Source: Salinispira sp.
GTDB taxonomy: Bacteria > Spirochaetota > Spirochaetia > DSM-27196 > Salinispiraceae
Direction: 5' to 3'
Assembly (NCBI GenBank): GCA_965602015.1
Contig: OZ271918.1
Location: forward strand, 2,080,001-2,144,000
DNA length: 64,000 nt
The position numbers and the translations under genes are program-made. How positions within the stretch are numbered: the stretch's first letter is position 1; every line of letters starts with the position of its first letter. The notes under the pieces are model-generated. The model was not told the origin of the DNA and searched no databases. It saw only the letters and a program-made list of their open reading frames with translations. Shown one piece after another: positions 36,143 to 46,640 of the stretch.

Positions 36143-37579
36143 TTAGCGCTTGAGGGTCAGCAGTTCCTGCAGCATCTGATCCGATGTCTGGATGGTTTTG
36201 CTGTTGGCCTGAAAACCCCTCTGGGTGACGATCATATCGGTGAACTGCTCGGCGAGGTCCACATTGCTCATTTCAAGGGCGCCGGCCAAAACCTTACCCT
36301 TGCCCGCGGTGCCCACCGGACCCACATTGGCGTCACCGGAGTTAATGCTCACCATGTAGTTGTTCTCACCGGCCTTTTCGAGTCCGCCGGGGTTGATAAA
36401 GCTTGCAAGGGCTACCTGACCGAGGGAACGGTTGGTACCGTTGTCGTAGATACCCGTAATGGTGCCGCTCTGGTCAATCCGGAAATCCTGCAGGTATCCC
36501 ATTCCGTAGCCGTCCTGGCGGAAGGCCTTGTTGGAGCTGTCGCTGGCGAACTGGGTGCTGGAGTTCTCGATTCCGCCGACTTCACCCAGGTCCAGAGTGA
36601 AGGTCTGGGTGATGGGATCTCCTGCGGCTCCGGCGCCGATAAACGCGGGATCGAAGCCCTCGGGATCATCGGGAATGGCGGTCTGGGGAACCAGGAAGCT
36701 GATTTCCACATTAACCCGGCCGTCGCCGTCGAGTCCCCCGCCTGCGCTGGTAGCAGACTCCAGAAGGCTGGTGCTGTCGAACTGGAGCTGGTAGTTATTG
36801 TCCCCCGCGGGGTTTGCGGTTCCGGCTACCGAGATATCAGGTATAATTATATTTCCCTCGGGATCGATGATCTGCACCTCGGCGTTCCAGAGGTTGGTCC
36901 CCCCTACTACCTTGGTGTACAGAATTTCCATGGTCAGCTCCCGTCCATAGGGGTCGTAGATGGTCTTGCTCACCTGATAGGTTCCCTGGCGGATTTCCTC
37001 AGCCCCTGCGCCGGCGGGAATTTCCGGGGTAAGCTGATTCAGGTTCGATGCCAGCTCTATGAGGGATGTGGCCCGGGCGGGGTCTTTTCCGCCGACGGGA
37101 ATCCGCAGGTCGCCTACATCGGCGCCGGTGTCTATGAGGGTTACGCCGTTGATGGTTTCAGAGGTCCAGCCCTGGACGCGCATTCCGTTAGCCGGATTGA
37201 CCAGGAAACCCTCGGCATCGAGGCTGAATGCCCCTGCCCGGCTGTAGAAATCCTGATCTCCCGAGCGCAGAATAAAGAACCCCTCGCCCTGAATGGCAAG
37301 GTCGGTTTTTACCCCGGTGGTCTGCAGCGAACCCTGGGTAAAAATGGTGTCGATGGACGCCACATTAACCCCGAGACCTACCTGCTGGGGATTCACCCCG
37401 CCGACCTGCTCGTTCGGCCGGGAAGCCCCCCGCTGGCTCTGGCTCAGAAGGTCCTGGAAGTTTACCCTGCCCTTCTTGAATCCCGTAGTATTGACGTTGG
37501 AGACGTTGTTACCGATTACGTCCATACGGATTTGGTGGTTCTGAAGTCCGGAAACGCCGGAATACAATGATCTCATCAT
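36143..37579 (-). CDS. flgE: Flagellar hook protein FlgE
   Basis: GNNVSNVNTTGFK, TDLAIQGEGFF, LEMSNVDLAEQFTDMIVTQRGFQAN. Confidence 0.98.
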   Translation of the reverse strand: MMRSLYSGVSGLQNHQIRMDVIGNNVSNVNTTGFKKGRVNFQDLLSQSQRGASRPNEQVGGVNPQQVGLGVNVASIDTIFTQGSLQTTGVKTDLAIQGEGFFILRSGDQDFYSRAGAFSLDAEGFLVNPANGMRVQGWTSETINGVTLIDTGADVGDLRIPVGGKDPARATSLIELASNLNQLTPEIPAGAGAEEIRQGTYQVSKTIYDPYGRELTMEILYTKVVGGTNLWNAEVQIIDPEGNIIIPDISVAGTANPAGDNNYQLQFDSTSLLESATSAGGGLDGDGRVNVEISFLVPQTAIPDDPEGFDPAFIGAGAAGDPITQTFTLDLGEVGGIENSSTQFASDSSNKAFRQDGYGMGYLQDFRIDQSGTITGIYDNGTNRSLGQVALASFINPGGLEKAGENNYMVSINSGDANVGPVGTAGKGKVLAGALEMSNVDLAEQFTDMIVTQRGFQANSKTIQTSDQMLQELLTLKR

Positions 37580-37591
37580 AGGGCAAACTCC

Positions 37592-38242
37592 TTATTGCTG
37601 ACGGCCGGAACCGGCCGCTGCCGAACTGGATGCTCCGGCGACTTCCGCCGGCTGTTCCTGTACGGCTGCCGCTCTGTCGGCGGCAACTGTTGTATTTTCA
37701 CCTAATGCGCTGATTTTCGACACGTCTGACACGTCGTAATAGGTTCCGTCCACCAGAACCTGGGGATAGTCGCCCCGGGTAACCGCTTCCACGGTGCCGC
37801 TGAACGATCTGCCGTTCACGATCACTTCAACTTCGCGGCCGAGCATGTTCGTCGCCTGACCGGCTGAGAGAACCGCCGCCATGCTCTGGAAACCGCTGGC
37901 AATATTGGTCATCTGTTCAAGACTGCTGAACTGGGCCATCTGAGCTATGAACTCCCGGTCTTCCATGGGGCTGGTGGGGTCCTGATTCTGGAGCTGGGTA
38001 ATCAGCAGGGTCAGGTAGTCATCCTTATCCATAACCTGCTTGATTTGCCGTCCCTCAATTTGAAGACTCCGGTTGCTGTTTCTCACATCGTCTTCAATGC
38101 GGGCCTGCTCGCTGTCAGACAAGAGATTTTCAAAGCGGATCTGATTCTCGTCGGCTTCGGTTCCCAGATTAACCACCGAGCGGTCTATGCCGTTCAGAAA
38201 TCGCAAAGAGCCTGAATCTGTGGTCAATGACCCAATGTCCAT
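37592..38242 (-). CDS. flgD: Flagellar hook capping protein FlgD
   Basis: LLITQLQNQDPTSPMEDREFIAQMAQFSSLEQ. Confidence 0.95.
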   Translation of the reverse strand: MDIGSLTTDSGSLRFLNGIDRSVVNLGTEADENQIRFENLLSDSEQARIEDDVRNSNRSLQIEGRQIKQVMDKDDYLTLLITQLQNQDPTSPMEDREFIAQMAQFSSLEQMTNIASGFQSMAAVLSAGQATNMLGREVEVIVNGRSFSGTVEAVTRGDYPQVLVDGTYYDVSDVSKISALGENTTVAADRAAAVQEQPAEVAGASSSAAAGSGRQQ

Positions 38243-38295
38243 GTATTCTCTCCCCGGCCGGCTGCCCGGCCTTCCCTCCGACGGATACCCCGTCG

Positions 38296-40149
38296 TCAGG
38301 CTAAAATATTTACGTCTTTATATTCCCTGATATAAGCCTGGGCCGAAGCTATTCTCGTCTCAAGCTGGCCCGCCGGATCGACGGCGCCTTTTTTCCCGTC
38401 GGCGGTCATGGTGAATCGGGAAGCCTCGTTGAAGTCGCCGCCGTCGCCGTTTTCCAGGGAAATATCCAGTGAAAAGTCGTCAAACCCCTGTTCGGTAAAC
38501 GCCTCGCGCAGTTCGTCCATGGCCTCGGCAAATGCTTCCTTCACAGTGTTATTTTCGACAATTATCCGCCCGGCTATACTCTTATCTTCAAGATTCATTC
38601 TGATCCGGACCCTGCCGAGATTTTCCGGTTTGAGAATCAGGGATATCTCGCCGGCGTTCTGTCCTCTGAGCACATATCTGGCCTGGCGCACGATATCCGA
38701 ACCGAGTTGCCCGCGGAACTGGGCCCTAAAGGCTTCCATGAGTTCCGCACTGCTCATCCGTGCCGGGGAACCGGATCCCTCGGCTCCGGTTCCGGAAGGT
38801 GTCGAACCTGCGCCGGATGCAAGGGCCTCGGGACCAAAAAATACCTGTAATTCGGCATTTCCCGATGATACCGGGGCCTGCGATGCGCTTCGGAACATGA
38901 GATTGGAAAATGTGCGCTGGTCGTTATTTCCCTGCTGCCGGGCGTTGTCGCCAAAACCGGATTCTCCCCCCGACTGCTGAAGGGTTTCCTCGGCAGATAC
39001 GGCGCTCATGGAGGCGAGAACCCGGGAGTCGCCGGACCGCTGGGTTTGTCCTGAATCACCAGCCTGATTTCCCGCGTCGCTCCCGGCGGCAGCGGCGGCT
39101 TCCCCTGCCCGTGCTACTCCATCGCCTTGCCCGTTTCGCAAGGCCTCGAGCCGGGCGGCGCTCCCCCGGCCCTCCATGAGCCGGGATTTACCGCGCCCCT
39201 CGTTGAGTGATTCGCTTATATGCTCGTTTATTTCGGGGCGTGCTTGAGTCTGGCCGTCGGTTTTCTCACCGCTGCCGGTAATGGTGAGTCCGTGGTCCCG
39301 GCTGGCAATCCGGCCCTTTTGCTCAGGGCTCCCGGCATCCCGGGCTTCGCGCGTGAGGCCGTCGGCGGTGGAGTTTACAGCGGTTTTTGCAATGTCAGCC
39401 TTGCCCTCCTTTTCTGGCGCGAGGGCGTCATCTGTCAGGCCTGGATTTTCGGCGGATGGAGTTTCTCCGCCGGGGAGCCTGTTGCCGGCCTGTTTCGCTG
39501 CCTCGAGATCTTTGTTTCTGGGCAGGGTTCGCGAAGAAGAGGCGATAACATCGCCCTTCCTGCCTTTGGATACAGCAGCCACCGGGTCCCCATTGCCATC
39601 AGCGGGAACGACAGATGAGGTCCCTTCTCGTTTACCGCGGGCCCCGGCGGCACCCACAACTGAAGGGGATATATCGGAGCCCTCATTAGCCATAGCCACT
39701 GTAACGCCGGATAGTGAATCATCGCCGGCGGACCGATTCTGATCATGATCCGTTGATATCCCCTCGCTCATGTTATCCGCGGGCTCGGGGTTGGCTGATC
39801 TACTGTCGGGTGTCGATGGTGAATCATCGGCACTGATAGCCCTGGCAGCTTCCTCATTGCCCTGACCGCTGCTCTGATTGCTATTGTGGACTGAGGGATA
39901 AAATTGTTCTGGCGTTGATATCGGCGAGGGTCTTTCTTCGGAATACCGGTCTTGAAGAGGGGAATATATCTGCTGTTGACTCGCCGGAGTGTACAAGGCC
40001 GGCAGGGTCGGATTATAAACCGGAGCTGCGGGAGCTGCAAAATAATCGCTAAAAGCCGTTTCCGACGAGGATGGAATGGTATGTGACCCCGAAGTTAATA
40101 AGGGGGGCGTTGATCGGCTGATCAGGTCCAGACCGCTCAGGTTCTGCAT
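38296..40149 (-). CDS. fliK: Flagellar hook-length control protein FliK
   Basis: Long low-complexity N-terminus; C-terminal LKPENLGRVRI domain; SD GGAGG before ATG 40149. Confidence 0.88.
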   Translation of the reverse strand: MQNLSGLDLISRSTPPLLTSGSHTIPSSSETAFSDYFAAPAAPVYNPTLPALYTPASQQQIYSPLQDRYSEERPSPISTPEQFYPSVHNSNQSSGQGNEEAARAISADDSPSTPDSRSANPEPADNMSEGISTDHDQNRSAGDDSLSGVTVAMANEGSDISPSVVGAAGARGKREGTSSVVPADGNGDPVAAVSKGRKGDVIASSSRTLPRNKDLEAAKQAGNRLPGGETPSAENPGLTDDALAPEKEGKADIAKTAVNSTADGLTREARDAGSPEQKGRIASRDHGLTITGSGEKTDGQTQARPEINEHISESLNEGRGKSRLMEGRGSAARLEALRNGQGDGVARAGEAAAAAGSDAGNQAGDSGQTQRSGDSRVLASMSAVSAEETLQQSGGESGFGDNARQQGNNDQRTFSNLMFRSASQAPVSSGNAELQVFFGPEALASGAGSTPSGTGAEGSGSPARMSSAELMEAFRAQFRGQLGSDIVRQARYVLRGQNAGEISLILKPENLGRVRIRMNLEDKSIAGRIIVENNTVKEAFAEAMDELREAFTEQGFDDFSLDISLENGDGGDFNEASRFTMTADGKKGAVDPAGQLETRIASAQAYIREYKDVNILA

Positions 40150-40182
40150 GAATCCTCCTGCAGGCCTGAGCAACGCGTCGGT

Positions 40183-40827
40183 TTATGAGTCTGCTGTCTG
40201 ACTCAGGGACGGCTTTTGGGTCATTTTCCGTTGGATCGCCGCCGCCCTGTCTTCCGGCAATAATGCCAGATAGGTGGACACCAGGGAAAAAGTTCCATCC
40301 TGGTCGGCGAGTTCCTGGACCACCCTGAGCGTGTCGATGAGCAACTGGTCATCGTACTCGTTCAGGATGGCGACCGCGTCATCCGGACGCATGCTGGTCA
40401 GATCTCTTGCATTCTGAACCAGGCCTGCTCTTCTATCATCGTAACGATTGAGCCGTTCATTAAATGAATTTTCACGATCTGTCTGAATCTTTTCCCGTTC
40501 CTCGAGCTGTGCCAGCTGCTGTTCATAATCGCTGAGGTCCTGATTGAGCAGATCCCGGCTGGTTTCCAGCTGTTGAAGATGAAGGGAAATTGCCAATTCC
40601 CGCTTTTGAACCCCCATGGAATCCAGGAGCTCCATATCGTTAAAGTCCGGAGCCGTCGACTCTTCGGGAGACAGTCCGATCAGGTTCATAACCGGACCGA
40701 GAACCGGCCGGGCGTCCACGAGTCCAAGGATGTCGAACCATATCAGTCCGCCGAGCAGAAGAAAAACCACCAGGAGAAAGAGCAGTAAGATCCTCGGCAA
40801 CACATTTACCCTGCCTACCCTAGCCAT
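40183..40827 (-). CDS. flbB: Periplasmic flagellar collar protein FlbB
   Basis: GGLIWFDILG TM, coiled coil, MRPDDAVAIL MgtE/MotE-like region; position fliJ-flbB-fliK. Confidence 0.85.
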   Translation of the reverse strand: MARVGRVNVLPRILLLFLLVVFLLLGGLIWFDILGLVDARPVLGPVMNLIGLSPEESTAPDFNDMELLDSMGVQKRELAISLHLQQLETSRDLLNQDLSDYEQQLAQLEEREKIQTDRENSFNERLNRYDDRRAGLVQNARDLTSMRPDDAVAILNEYDDQLLIDTLRVVQELADQDGTFSLVSTYLALLPEDRAAAIQRKMTQKPSLSQTADS

Positions 40828-41254
40828 TGGAACCTCCTGCAATGCGCGAAACGGCGATGTCGTCTATTTCTTTCGCCTCTTCGGTAAACCACTGTTTTCT
40901 GTAATCCTTCAATTTTTTTTCCTTGAGCCGGCGCGCGGCCTCGTAATCCTTTCTGACCTCGCGGTATTGTTCGGCGACGGTCTCCCTTGCGGCTTGAGCT
41001 TCCATGAGCTCGGACTCGAGTTGCCGGGTTCGGTCCTCTATTCTACCCAGGTAGAGGGCCCGGGACTGATGATATGCGATGTCGTTTCCCCCGTCTGCAG
41101 CGAACACCGAATGCCGCTCCCGTACAAGCAGGCGTATTTCCTGTTCAATGGCGTCGCAGCGCTTGTTCGCCGCAGCGAGCTTGTTGCGCCATTCTTCTTC
41201 CTTGTGGCCCCTGAGCTTTAACACCGCCTCAAGGCGGAAAGAAAACCGTTTCAC
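40820..41254 (-). CDS. fliJ: Flagellar export chaperone FliJ
   Basis: MKRFSFRLEAVLKLR, coiled coil, follows fliI. Confidence 0.9.
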   Translation of the reverse strand: MKRFSFRLEAVLKLRGHKEEEWRNKLAAANKRCDAIEQEIRLLVRERHSVFAADGGNDIAYHQSRALYLGRIEDRTRQLESELMEAQAARETVAEQYREVRKDYEAARRLKEKKLKDYRKQWFTEEAKEIDDIAVSRIAGGSNG

Positions 41255-42795
41255 CCCTGCCCTCCGGCGTCGGCAGTTCGGGAAGCCGACTGTTTACCCG
41301 ACGGGCTTGAGCCGGCCTGGGGGCGGGCGCCCATACGGGCGGCCTGCACGGGGTCGGGAAATGCCGGGGTTTCCGCATCGGCCTGGGTATCGATCTGATC
41401 CGGCCCGCCGGCTGTTTTGCCGGGCAGCGCTGCCTGTGAAGACGGCTCGGCCTGAGCTTCATCTCCTGCGGGCGGCAGATCAATGGCAATTCCTGTCTTC
41501 TCGGACAAGCTGAGGAGGGTCTCCCGGATGCTTGACTGTTCGGTTATGCCCTGTTTGAGAAAGCGGTCGAATCCGGATTTTAATCGGATTGCCGTATCGA
41601 GTTCCGGGTTGCTGCCCTGGGCGTATGCGCCGATGGTGATGAGGTCCTCGTTCTCCCGGTACAGGGACAAAAGCTCCTTCATTCGACCGGCGGCGCTGAG
41701 CATATCCGGCGGACTAATCTTGGTCGCCAGGCGGGAAACCGACTGAAGCACATCGATTGCCGGGTAGTGATTTTTCTGGGCAAGGGCCCTTGTGAGAACC
41801 AGGTGGCCGTCGAGAATTCCCCGGACATTGTCAGCTATGGGCTCATCCATGTCGTCGCCGTCGACGAGGATGGTATAAAACCCGGTAATGCTGCCCTTTT
41901 CGCCGGTTCCGCAGCGCTCAAGCAGCCTCGGGAGGGTAGAGAACACCGATGGGGGAAAACCCCGGGTCGCCGGTGACTCCCCGATTGCCAGCCCGATTTC
42001 CCGCTGGGCCCGGGCAAAACGGGTAACCGAATCGAACAGAAGCATGACGTTTTTACCCTGATCCCTGAAATACTCTGCTACGGCGGTTGCCATGTACGCG
42101 CCTTTGAGACGGGCCACAGGCGGGGTGTCGCTGGTGGAAACCAGAATTACCGACCGTTTGAGGCCTTCTTCGCCGAGGTCCTGGTCGATAAACTCCCTGA
42201 CCTCCCGCCCCCGCTCCCCAATAAGGGCGATGACATTGACGTCCGCCGAGGTATTCCGGGCTATCATTCCCAGGAGGGTGGACTTTCCGATTCCCGATCC
42301 TGAAAAAATACCCATTCTCTGCCCCATGCCCACCGGGGTAATTCCGTCGATTGCCCGTATGCCCGTTGACAGCTGATCGTTTATTGAGCGCCGGGTGAGC
42401 ACGTCGGGCGGCGGGGCCATGGCCGGGTAGGTTATTGGAGAATGAATGTCGCCCTTTCCGTCTATCGGCCGTCCCATTGAATTCAGCACGCGGCCCAGCA
42501 GTTTTTCGGAAACCGGCACTCGCAAACTGGATCCGGTGGCCACAACGGAGCAGCCGACCTCTATTCCGTGAATATCAGAAAAGGGCATGAGCTGAACGGT
42601 TTTGCCGTGAAGTCCGACGACTTCGGCGTAGATCAACCCTCCGTCGTCGGGGAGAAGGATTTCGCAGAGCTCGCCCACCACCGCCTGAGGCCCGTGACTT
42701 TCGATGAGCATTCCCCTCACCTTCTGGACGGTACCCATAAAGCGTATGGTCTCAAGCGTACTGACTTTTTCAACGTATTTGGAAAAACGCCTCAT
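41251..42795 (-). CDS. fliI: Flagellar export ATPase FliI
   Basis: GSGIGKST, LIGERGREV, DSVTRFARAQRE, ILDGHLVL. Confidence 0.97.
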   Translation of the reverse strand: MRRFSKYVEKVSTLETIRFMGTVQKVRGMLIESHGPQAVVGELCEILLPDDGGLIYAEVVGLHGKTVQLMPFSDIHGIEVGCSVVATGSSLRVPVSEKLLGRVLNSMGRPIDGKGDIHSPITYPAMAPPPDVLTRRSINDQLSTGIRAIDGITPVGMGQRMGIFSGSGIGKSTLLGMIARNTSADVNVIALIGERGREVREFIDQDLGEEGLKRSVILVSTSDTPPVARLKGAYMATAVAEYFRDQGKNVMLLFDSVTRFARAQREIGLAIGESPATRGFPPSVFSTLPRLLERCGTGEKGSITGFYTILVDGDDMDEPIADNVRGILDGHLVLTRALAQKNHYPAIDVLQSVSRLATKISPPDMLSAAGRMKELLSLYRENEDLITIGAYAQGSNPELDTAIRLKSGFDRFLKQGITEQSSIRETLLSLSEKTGIAIDLPPAGDEAQAEPSSQAALPGKTAGGPDQIDTQADAETPAFPDPVQAARMGARPQAGSSPSGKQSASRTADAGGQG

Positions 42796-42871
42796 CTCCC
42801 CTCCCGTGGAAATCGGCACGAAGCGGATTATGCCGCCGGTAACCCGGCGGGATATGGTCCGCGCGCAGCGC

Positions 42872-43843
42872 TCATATCATGAGCTCCCCGTCCTTCGTGA
42901 GCTTTTTGGTCGCTATGGGCATGAGCTCGAGTATGGCTTCTTCTATTTCCCGCAGCTGCGAATTGATCCTGGCATCGATCTGACCGAAGTCGGTTTCGAT
43001 AATTGCGCCGCCAGGGTCTACGGAAGAATCTTCCATGACGGTCACATTGCTCACCCGCTCCATTCTGCTCATAAGTTCCTTGGTGTGCTCGGTGGTGGTT
43101 CTCAGGTCGTTGATGTTAACTCTGATGATCACATCCGCCTTGCTCTTGAGCTTGCGAAGAGCCTGAACCACATTGTTTATGACCACATTGCGCTGGTTTT
43201 CGCTGATGACCTTGATAACCTTTTTGGCGATTTGAAGCACGAGCTGCACCAGCTGGGCTTCGCTTTCTTCAATGACCTCATTGCGCCGCTCAATGGTCTT
43301 GCTGATAATCATGTGCAGCCGGTCTATTACCCGCTCGACTTCCGACCGGCCGGAATCGTAACCGCTTTCCCGGCCCTCGTCATAGCCCTTCTGGAAGGCG
43401 TCCTTCTCGGTCTGTTCGGCAGCCTTGCGGGCGTCGAACAGAATCTTCTCGGCTTCGGCCCTGGCGTCGGAGAGAATTTTTTCCGCTTCCTCGTCGGCCT
43501 TCGCCTTTTCTTCCTGGGCGGATTCGGTTTTTTTCCGGACTTCTTCAAATGCCGCGGCTTCCGCATCGGAGATTATTTTCTCGGCTTCAGCCTGGGCTTC
43601 GGATATCATCCGGGATTTTTCTTCCTCCCATTGGAGCTTGAAGGATTCGGCCTCCCGGCGCAGATCGTCGGCGGTGGGGCCATCGTACTCTTCAACTTCA
43701 TCGAGCTCGGCGAGATCCTGAATTCTCTGGGGCCGGCCGCCGGGCGCAGGCCTCAACTGAGGAAAGGGATTGTCCGGGGGAGATATTTGAACCTTATCGC
43801 CTGAAATGATGAATTCACCGTTTCGAAATACATTTTTCGCCAT
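42872..43843 (-). CDS. fliH: Flagellar assembly protein FliH
   Basis: GxxxG repeats (KGYDEGRESGYDSG), GGAIIETDFGQIDARI. Confidence 0.95.
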   Translation of the reverse strand: MAKNVFRNGEFIISGDKVQISPPDNPFPQLRPAPGGRPQRIQDLAELDEVEEYDGPTADDLRREAESFKLQWEEEKSRMISEAQAEAEKIISDAEAAAFEEVRKKTESAQEEKAKADEEAEKILSDARAEAEKILFDARKAAEQTEKDAFQKGYDEGRESGYDSGRSEVERVIDRLHMIISKTIERRNEVIEESEAQLVQLVLQIAKKVIKVISENQRNVVINNVVQALRKLKSKADVIIRVNINDLRTTTEHTKELMSRMERVSNVTVMEDSSVDPGGAIIETDFGQIDARINSQLREIEEAILELMPIATKKLTKDGELMI

Positions 43844-43886
43844 CTATCAACTCCCGCAACCACGCATCGGGGTAGGCCTGCCGGTA

Positions 43887-44933
43887 TCAGACAACCAGCT
43901 CGTCCTCGCCTGCCCGGGCGACCACGATTTCGCCCTGTTCTTCCAGCTTTCTGATTATCGACACAATCTTCTGCTGAGCCTCTTCAACATCCTTCATTCT
44001 GATGGGCCCCATGTACTCCATGTCTTCTTTCAGGAGCTGGCTTGCCCGCTTGGACATGTTTCTGAAGATCTTATCCTGTACTTCCGCATCGACGGACTTG
44101 AGGGCCTTGGCCAGTTCGGCGGTATCGACCTCGCGCATGACCTTCTGAATAGCCCGGTCATCAAGCATAACAATGTCTTCGAATACGAACATCCGTTTCT
44201 TGATTTCTTCGGCCAGTTCGGGATCCTCTTCTTCAAGGCTTTCGATAATAACCTTCTCAGTTGAACGGTCGACCAGGTTGAGAATCTCAACAATGCTTTC
44301 GACGCCCCCGGCGGAGGTGTAATCCTCGGAACTCAAGGTGGAGAGCTTCTTCTCAAGAACCCGCTCCACTTCCCGGAGTACCTCAGGCAGGGTCCGGTCC
44401 ATTGTCGCTATGCGCTTGGCCACATCAGATTGGATGTCGTGGGGCAGGCTACCCAGAATTACCGAGGCCTTGTTCGGCTCCAGGTATGCGAGAATAAGCG
44501 CAATGGTCTGGGGATGCTCCTGCTGAATGAAGTTCAGTAGATGGGTCGGATCGGTCCTTCTGATAAAATCGAAGGGGCGGACCTGGAGGCTGCTGGTGAG
44601 GCGGTTGATGATATCCACCGCCTTCTGCGAACCGAGGCTTTTCTCCAGGAGTTCCCGGGCGTAATCGATACCACCGGTGGTAATAAAATCCTGAGCCATC
44701 ATGAGTTCCTGGAACTCGGCCAAAACCATGTCCCGTTCCTCGGACTCTATGCTCTCCAGTCGGGCGATCTCGAAGGTCAGGGTTTCTATTTCGTCTTCCC
44801 TCAGATGCTTGAAGATCTCCGAAGAAATCTCGCTTCCCAGGGTCACCAGGAAAATGGCCGCTTTCTGACGGCCGTTGAGTTCCCGTTTCTGACCGCTGCG
44901 CTTGGCGCTTCCGGCCTGAGCCTGCTTAGCCAT
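43887..44933 (-). CDS. fliG: Flagellar motor switch protein FliG
   Basis: QKAAIFL, GGIDYA, EHPQTIA, MFVFED. Confidence 0.98.
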   Translation of the reverse strand: MAKQAQAGSAKRSGQKRELNGRQKAAIFLVTLGSEISSEIFKHLREDEIETLTFEIARLESIESEERDMVLAEFQELMMAQDFITTGGIDYARELLEKSLGSQKAVDIINRLTSSLQVRPFDFIRRTDPTHLLNFIQQEHPQTIALILAYLEPNKASVILGSLPHDIQSDVAKRIATMDRTLPEVLREVERVLEKKLSTLSSEDYTSAGGVESIVEILNLVDRSTEKVIIESLEEEDPELAEEIKKRMFVFEDIVMLDDRAIQKVMREVDTAELAKALKSVDAEVQDKIFRNMSKRASQLLKEDMEYMGPIRMKDVEEAQQKIVSIIRKLEEQGEIVVARAGEDELVV

Positions 44934-44936
44934 AGA

Positions 44937-46640
44937 CTATTCCTCCATCAGCCAGGTACGGATGAGCTGAGCCACATCTTCCGGGTGTTCCCTGGCGATA
45001 TTGATCGCATTTTCCTGCATTTCCAGCCGGGCCCGTTCCTCGACGGACATTTCGACCTCCGCGCTCTCTTCCTCGGCGGATCGCAGGGCGGCCTCGCGCA
45101 TGGCCTGATGCTGACGGGCAAGTTCTTCTTCCCTGAGCCGGCGGCGGCGCTCGATTTCCCGGGTGATGAGACGGAAAACGATGAACACCACCAACAGGAA
45201 CACCAGTCCCAACAGACAGTACAACACGATCAGCTGGGTCTGCTGTCTGCGGCGAAACTCATCGTCTTCCAGGCGGTGCTCGGTGCTGCGGTCGAAGGGG
45301 ATGGTCCTGACGGTGACCGTGTCGCCCCGGTTCTGATTATAGCCCACGGCGCCCTGAATGAGTTCGGTGGCCCGGGCCAGCTGATCCTCCGTGACTTCCA
45401 CGTATTCCCTAATGATACTGCCGTCGGGATTGAGATTCACCTGGCCCCGGTCGTCATAGGTCCAGCGCCAGACGCCGTCGATGGCGACGCCGATGGATAT
45501 TCGGTCAATGGAGGGCGAACCGGTTTCCCGGGTTACCTGACGGTTGATTTCGTAGTTATTCTGGGTCTGCTGACGGTTATATGAACCGACCAGGCCTTCC
45601 AGGTCCTGATACGAAGGAGGCGTCTGCCCCTCCACCCCGGCAGGGCCTTCGGGATTAAAGCCGCTTCCCTCGTAATCTTCAGAAAACTCATTATTGGATC
45701 TCAGGACATTCAGCACCACTTCCCGTTCGGAGAACGGAGTTGCGGGGTTGTCGGGAGTCACTTCGATGGGAGTAAACTCTTCCCTCTCCATTTCCCGATT
45801 GCCGTAATCCAGATCAACCTCGATATTGAGTATTTCGATGCGTTCTTCGGTAAAAATTCCGGCCAGGGCCGTCCTGATGGCCCGGATATACTGCTGCTCA
45901 AGGTCACGTTTGAGGCGCAGTTCCCGCTGATTGATAGCCAGGCGGTCGAGATCTTCCAGGCCGTCAAAATCGTTGAGCTTGCGGCCTGACAAGTCGGTGA
46001 TGGTGATGTAATCAGAGGTAAGCCCCGGAATGGAGAACTGCACCAGCTCCTGAATACCCTCGAGCTTGCGGCGGTTTTCCGTGATATCCGAACCGGGTTT
46101 GGGAGTAATAATAACTGAAGCGGTGACCGGATCCTGGTCCTCGGCAAAAAGCGTCTTCTCGGGCATAACGATGGTGACGCTGGCATTATCCACGTCTTCA
46201 AGAGCTTCGATATGCTGAATGAGCTGATTGGTGATCGATCGCCTCAGATTGACATCGCGCTCGTAGTCGGTAATCGTCCATCGGTCCATATCGAACAGGG
46301 CCCAGGGGTCGGTGTTCGGCAACAGGCCTTCGGTGGAAATTATCGCCCGGGCTCGCAAGGCCGAACTGCGGTCCGAAACCATCATTACCCCTTCGGCGGT
46401 TACCGTATAGTCAATGCCCTCGGTGTCCAGTCGGGCGCCGATGCGCTGGCGCAGGGCTTCGTCGGTTATCGCTTGAGTGAGTATTGGCTGGCTGCTCGGC
46501 GAAGAGCTAAAAACGATGAGTAATACAAGTCCCGCCACGGCTCCGACGCCGACGGCGATAAAAATAAAGCGCTGTACAACTGACCACTTAGACCAAATGG
46601 TCTTGGCCTGGTCAAACAGCTTCTTCAACCATTCGTTCAT
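44937..46640 (-). CDS. fliF: Flagellar M-ring protein FliF
   Basis: Two TM helices, TASVIITP, AVGYNQNRGDTV, C-terminal PEDVAQLIRTWL; SD GGAGGGG before ATG 46640. Confidence 0.96.
   Translation of the reverse strand: MNEWLKKLFDQAKTIWSKWSVVQRFIFIAVGVGAVAGLVLLIVFSSSPSSQPILTQAITDEALRQRIGARLDTEGIDYTVTAEGVMMVSDRSSALRARAIISTEGLLPNTDPWALFDMDRWTITDYERDVNLRRSITNQLIQHIEALEDVDNASVTIVMPEKTLFAEDQDPVTASVIITPKPGSDITENRRKLEGIQELVQFSIPGLTSDYITITDLSGRKLNDFDGLEDLDRLAINQRELRLKRDLEQQYIRAIRTALAGIFTEERIEILNIEVDLDYGNREMEREEFTPIEVTPDNPATPFSEREVVLNVLRSNNEFSEDYEGSGFNPEGPAGVEGQTPPSYQDLEGLVGSYNRQQTQNNYEINRQVTRETGSPSIDRISIGVAIDGVWRWTYDDRGQVNLNPDGSIIREYVEVTEDQLARATELIQGAVGYNQNRGDTVTVRTIPFDRSTEHRLEDDEFRRRQQTQLIVLYCLLGLVFLLVVFIVFRLITREIERRRRLREEELARQHQAMREAALRSAEEESAEVEMSVEERARLEMQENAINIAREHPEDVAQLIRTWLMEE

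Noticed and set aside
40150..40205. sigma28 promoter upstream of fliK (TCAG-N15-ACCGACGC)
   Set aside because: Too many mismatches to the consensus to support
42704..45584. 366-aa and 347-aa plus-strand ORFs
   Set aside because: Antisense shadows of fliI/fliH and fliG/fliF
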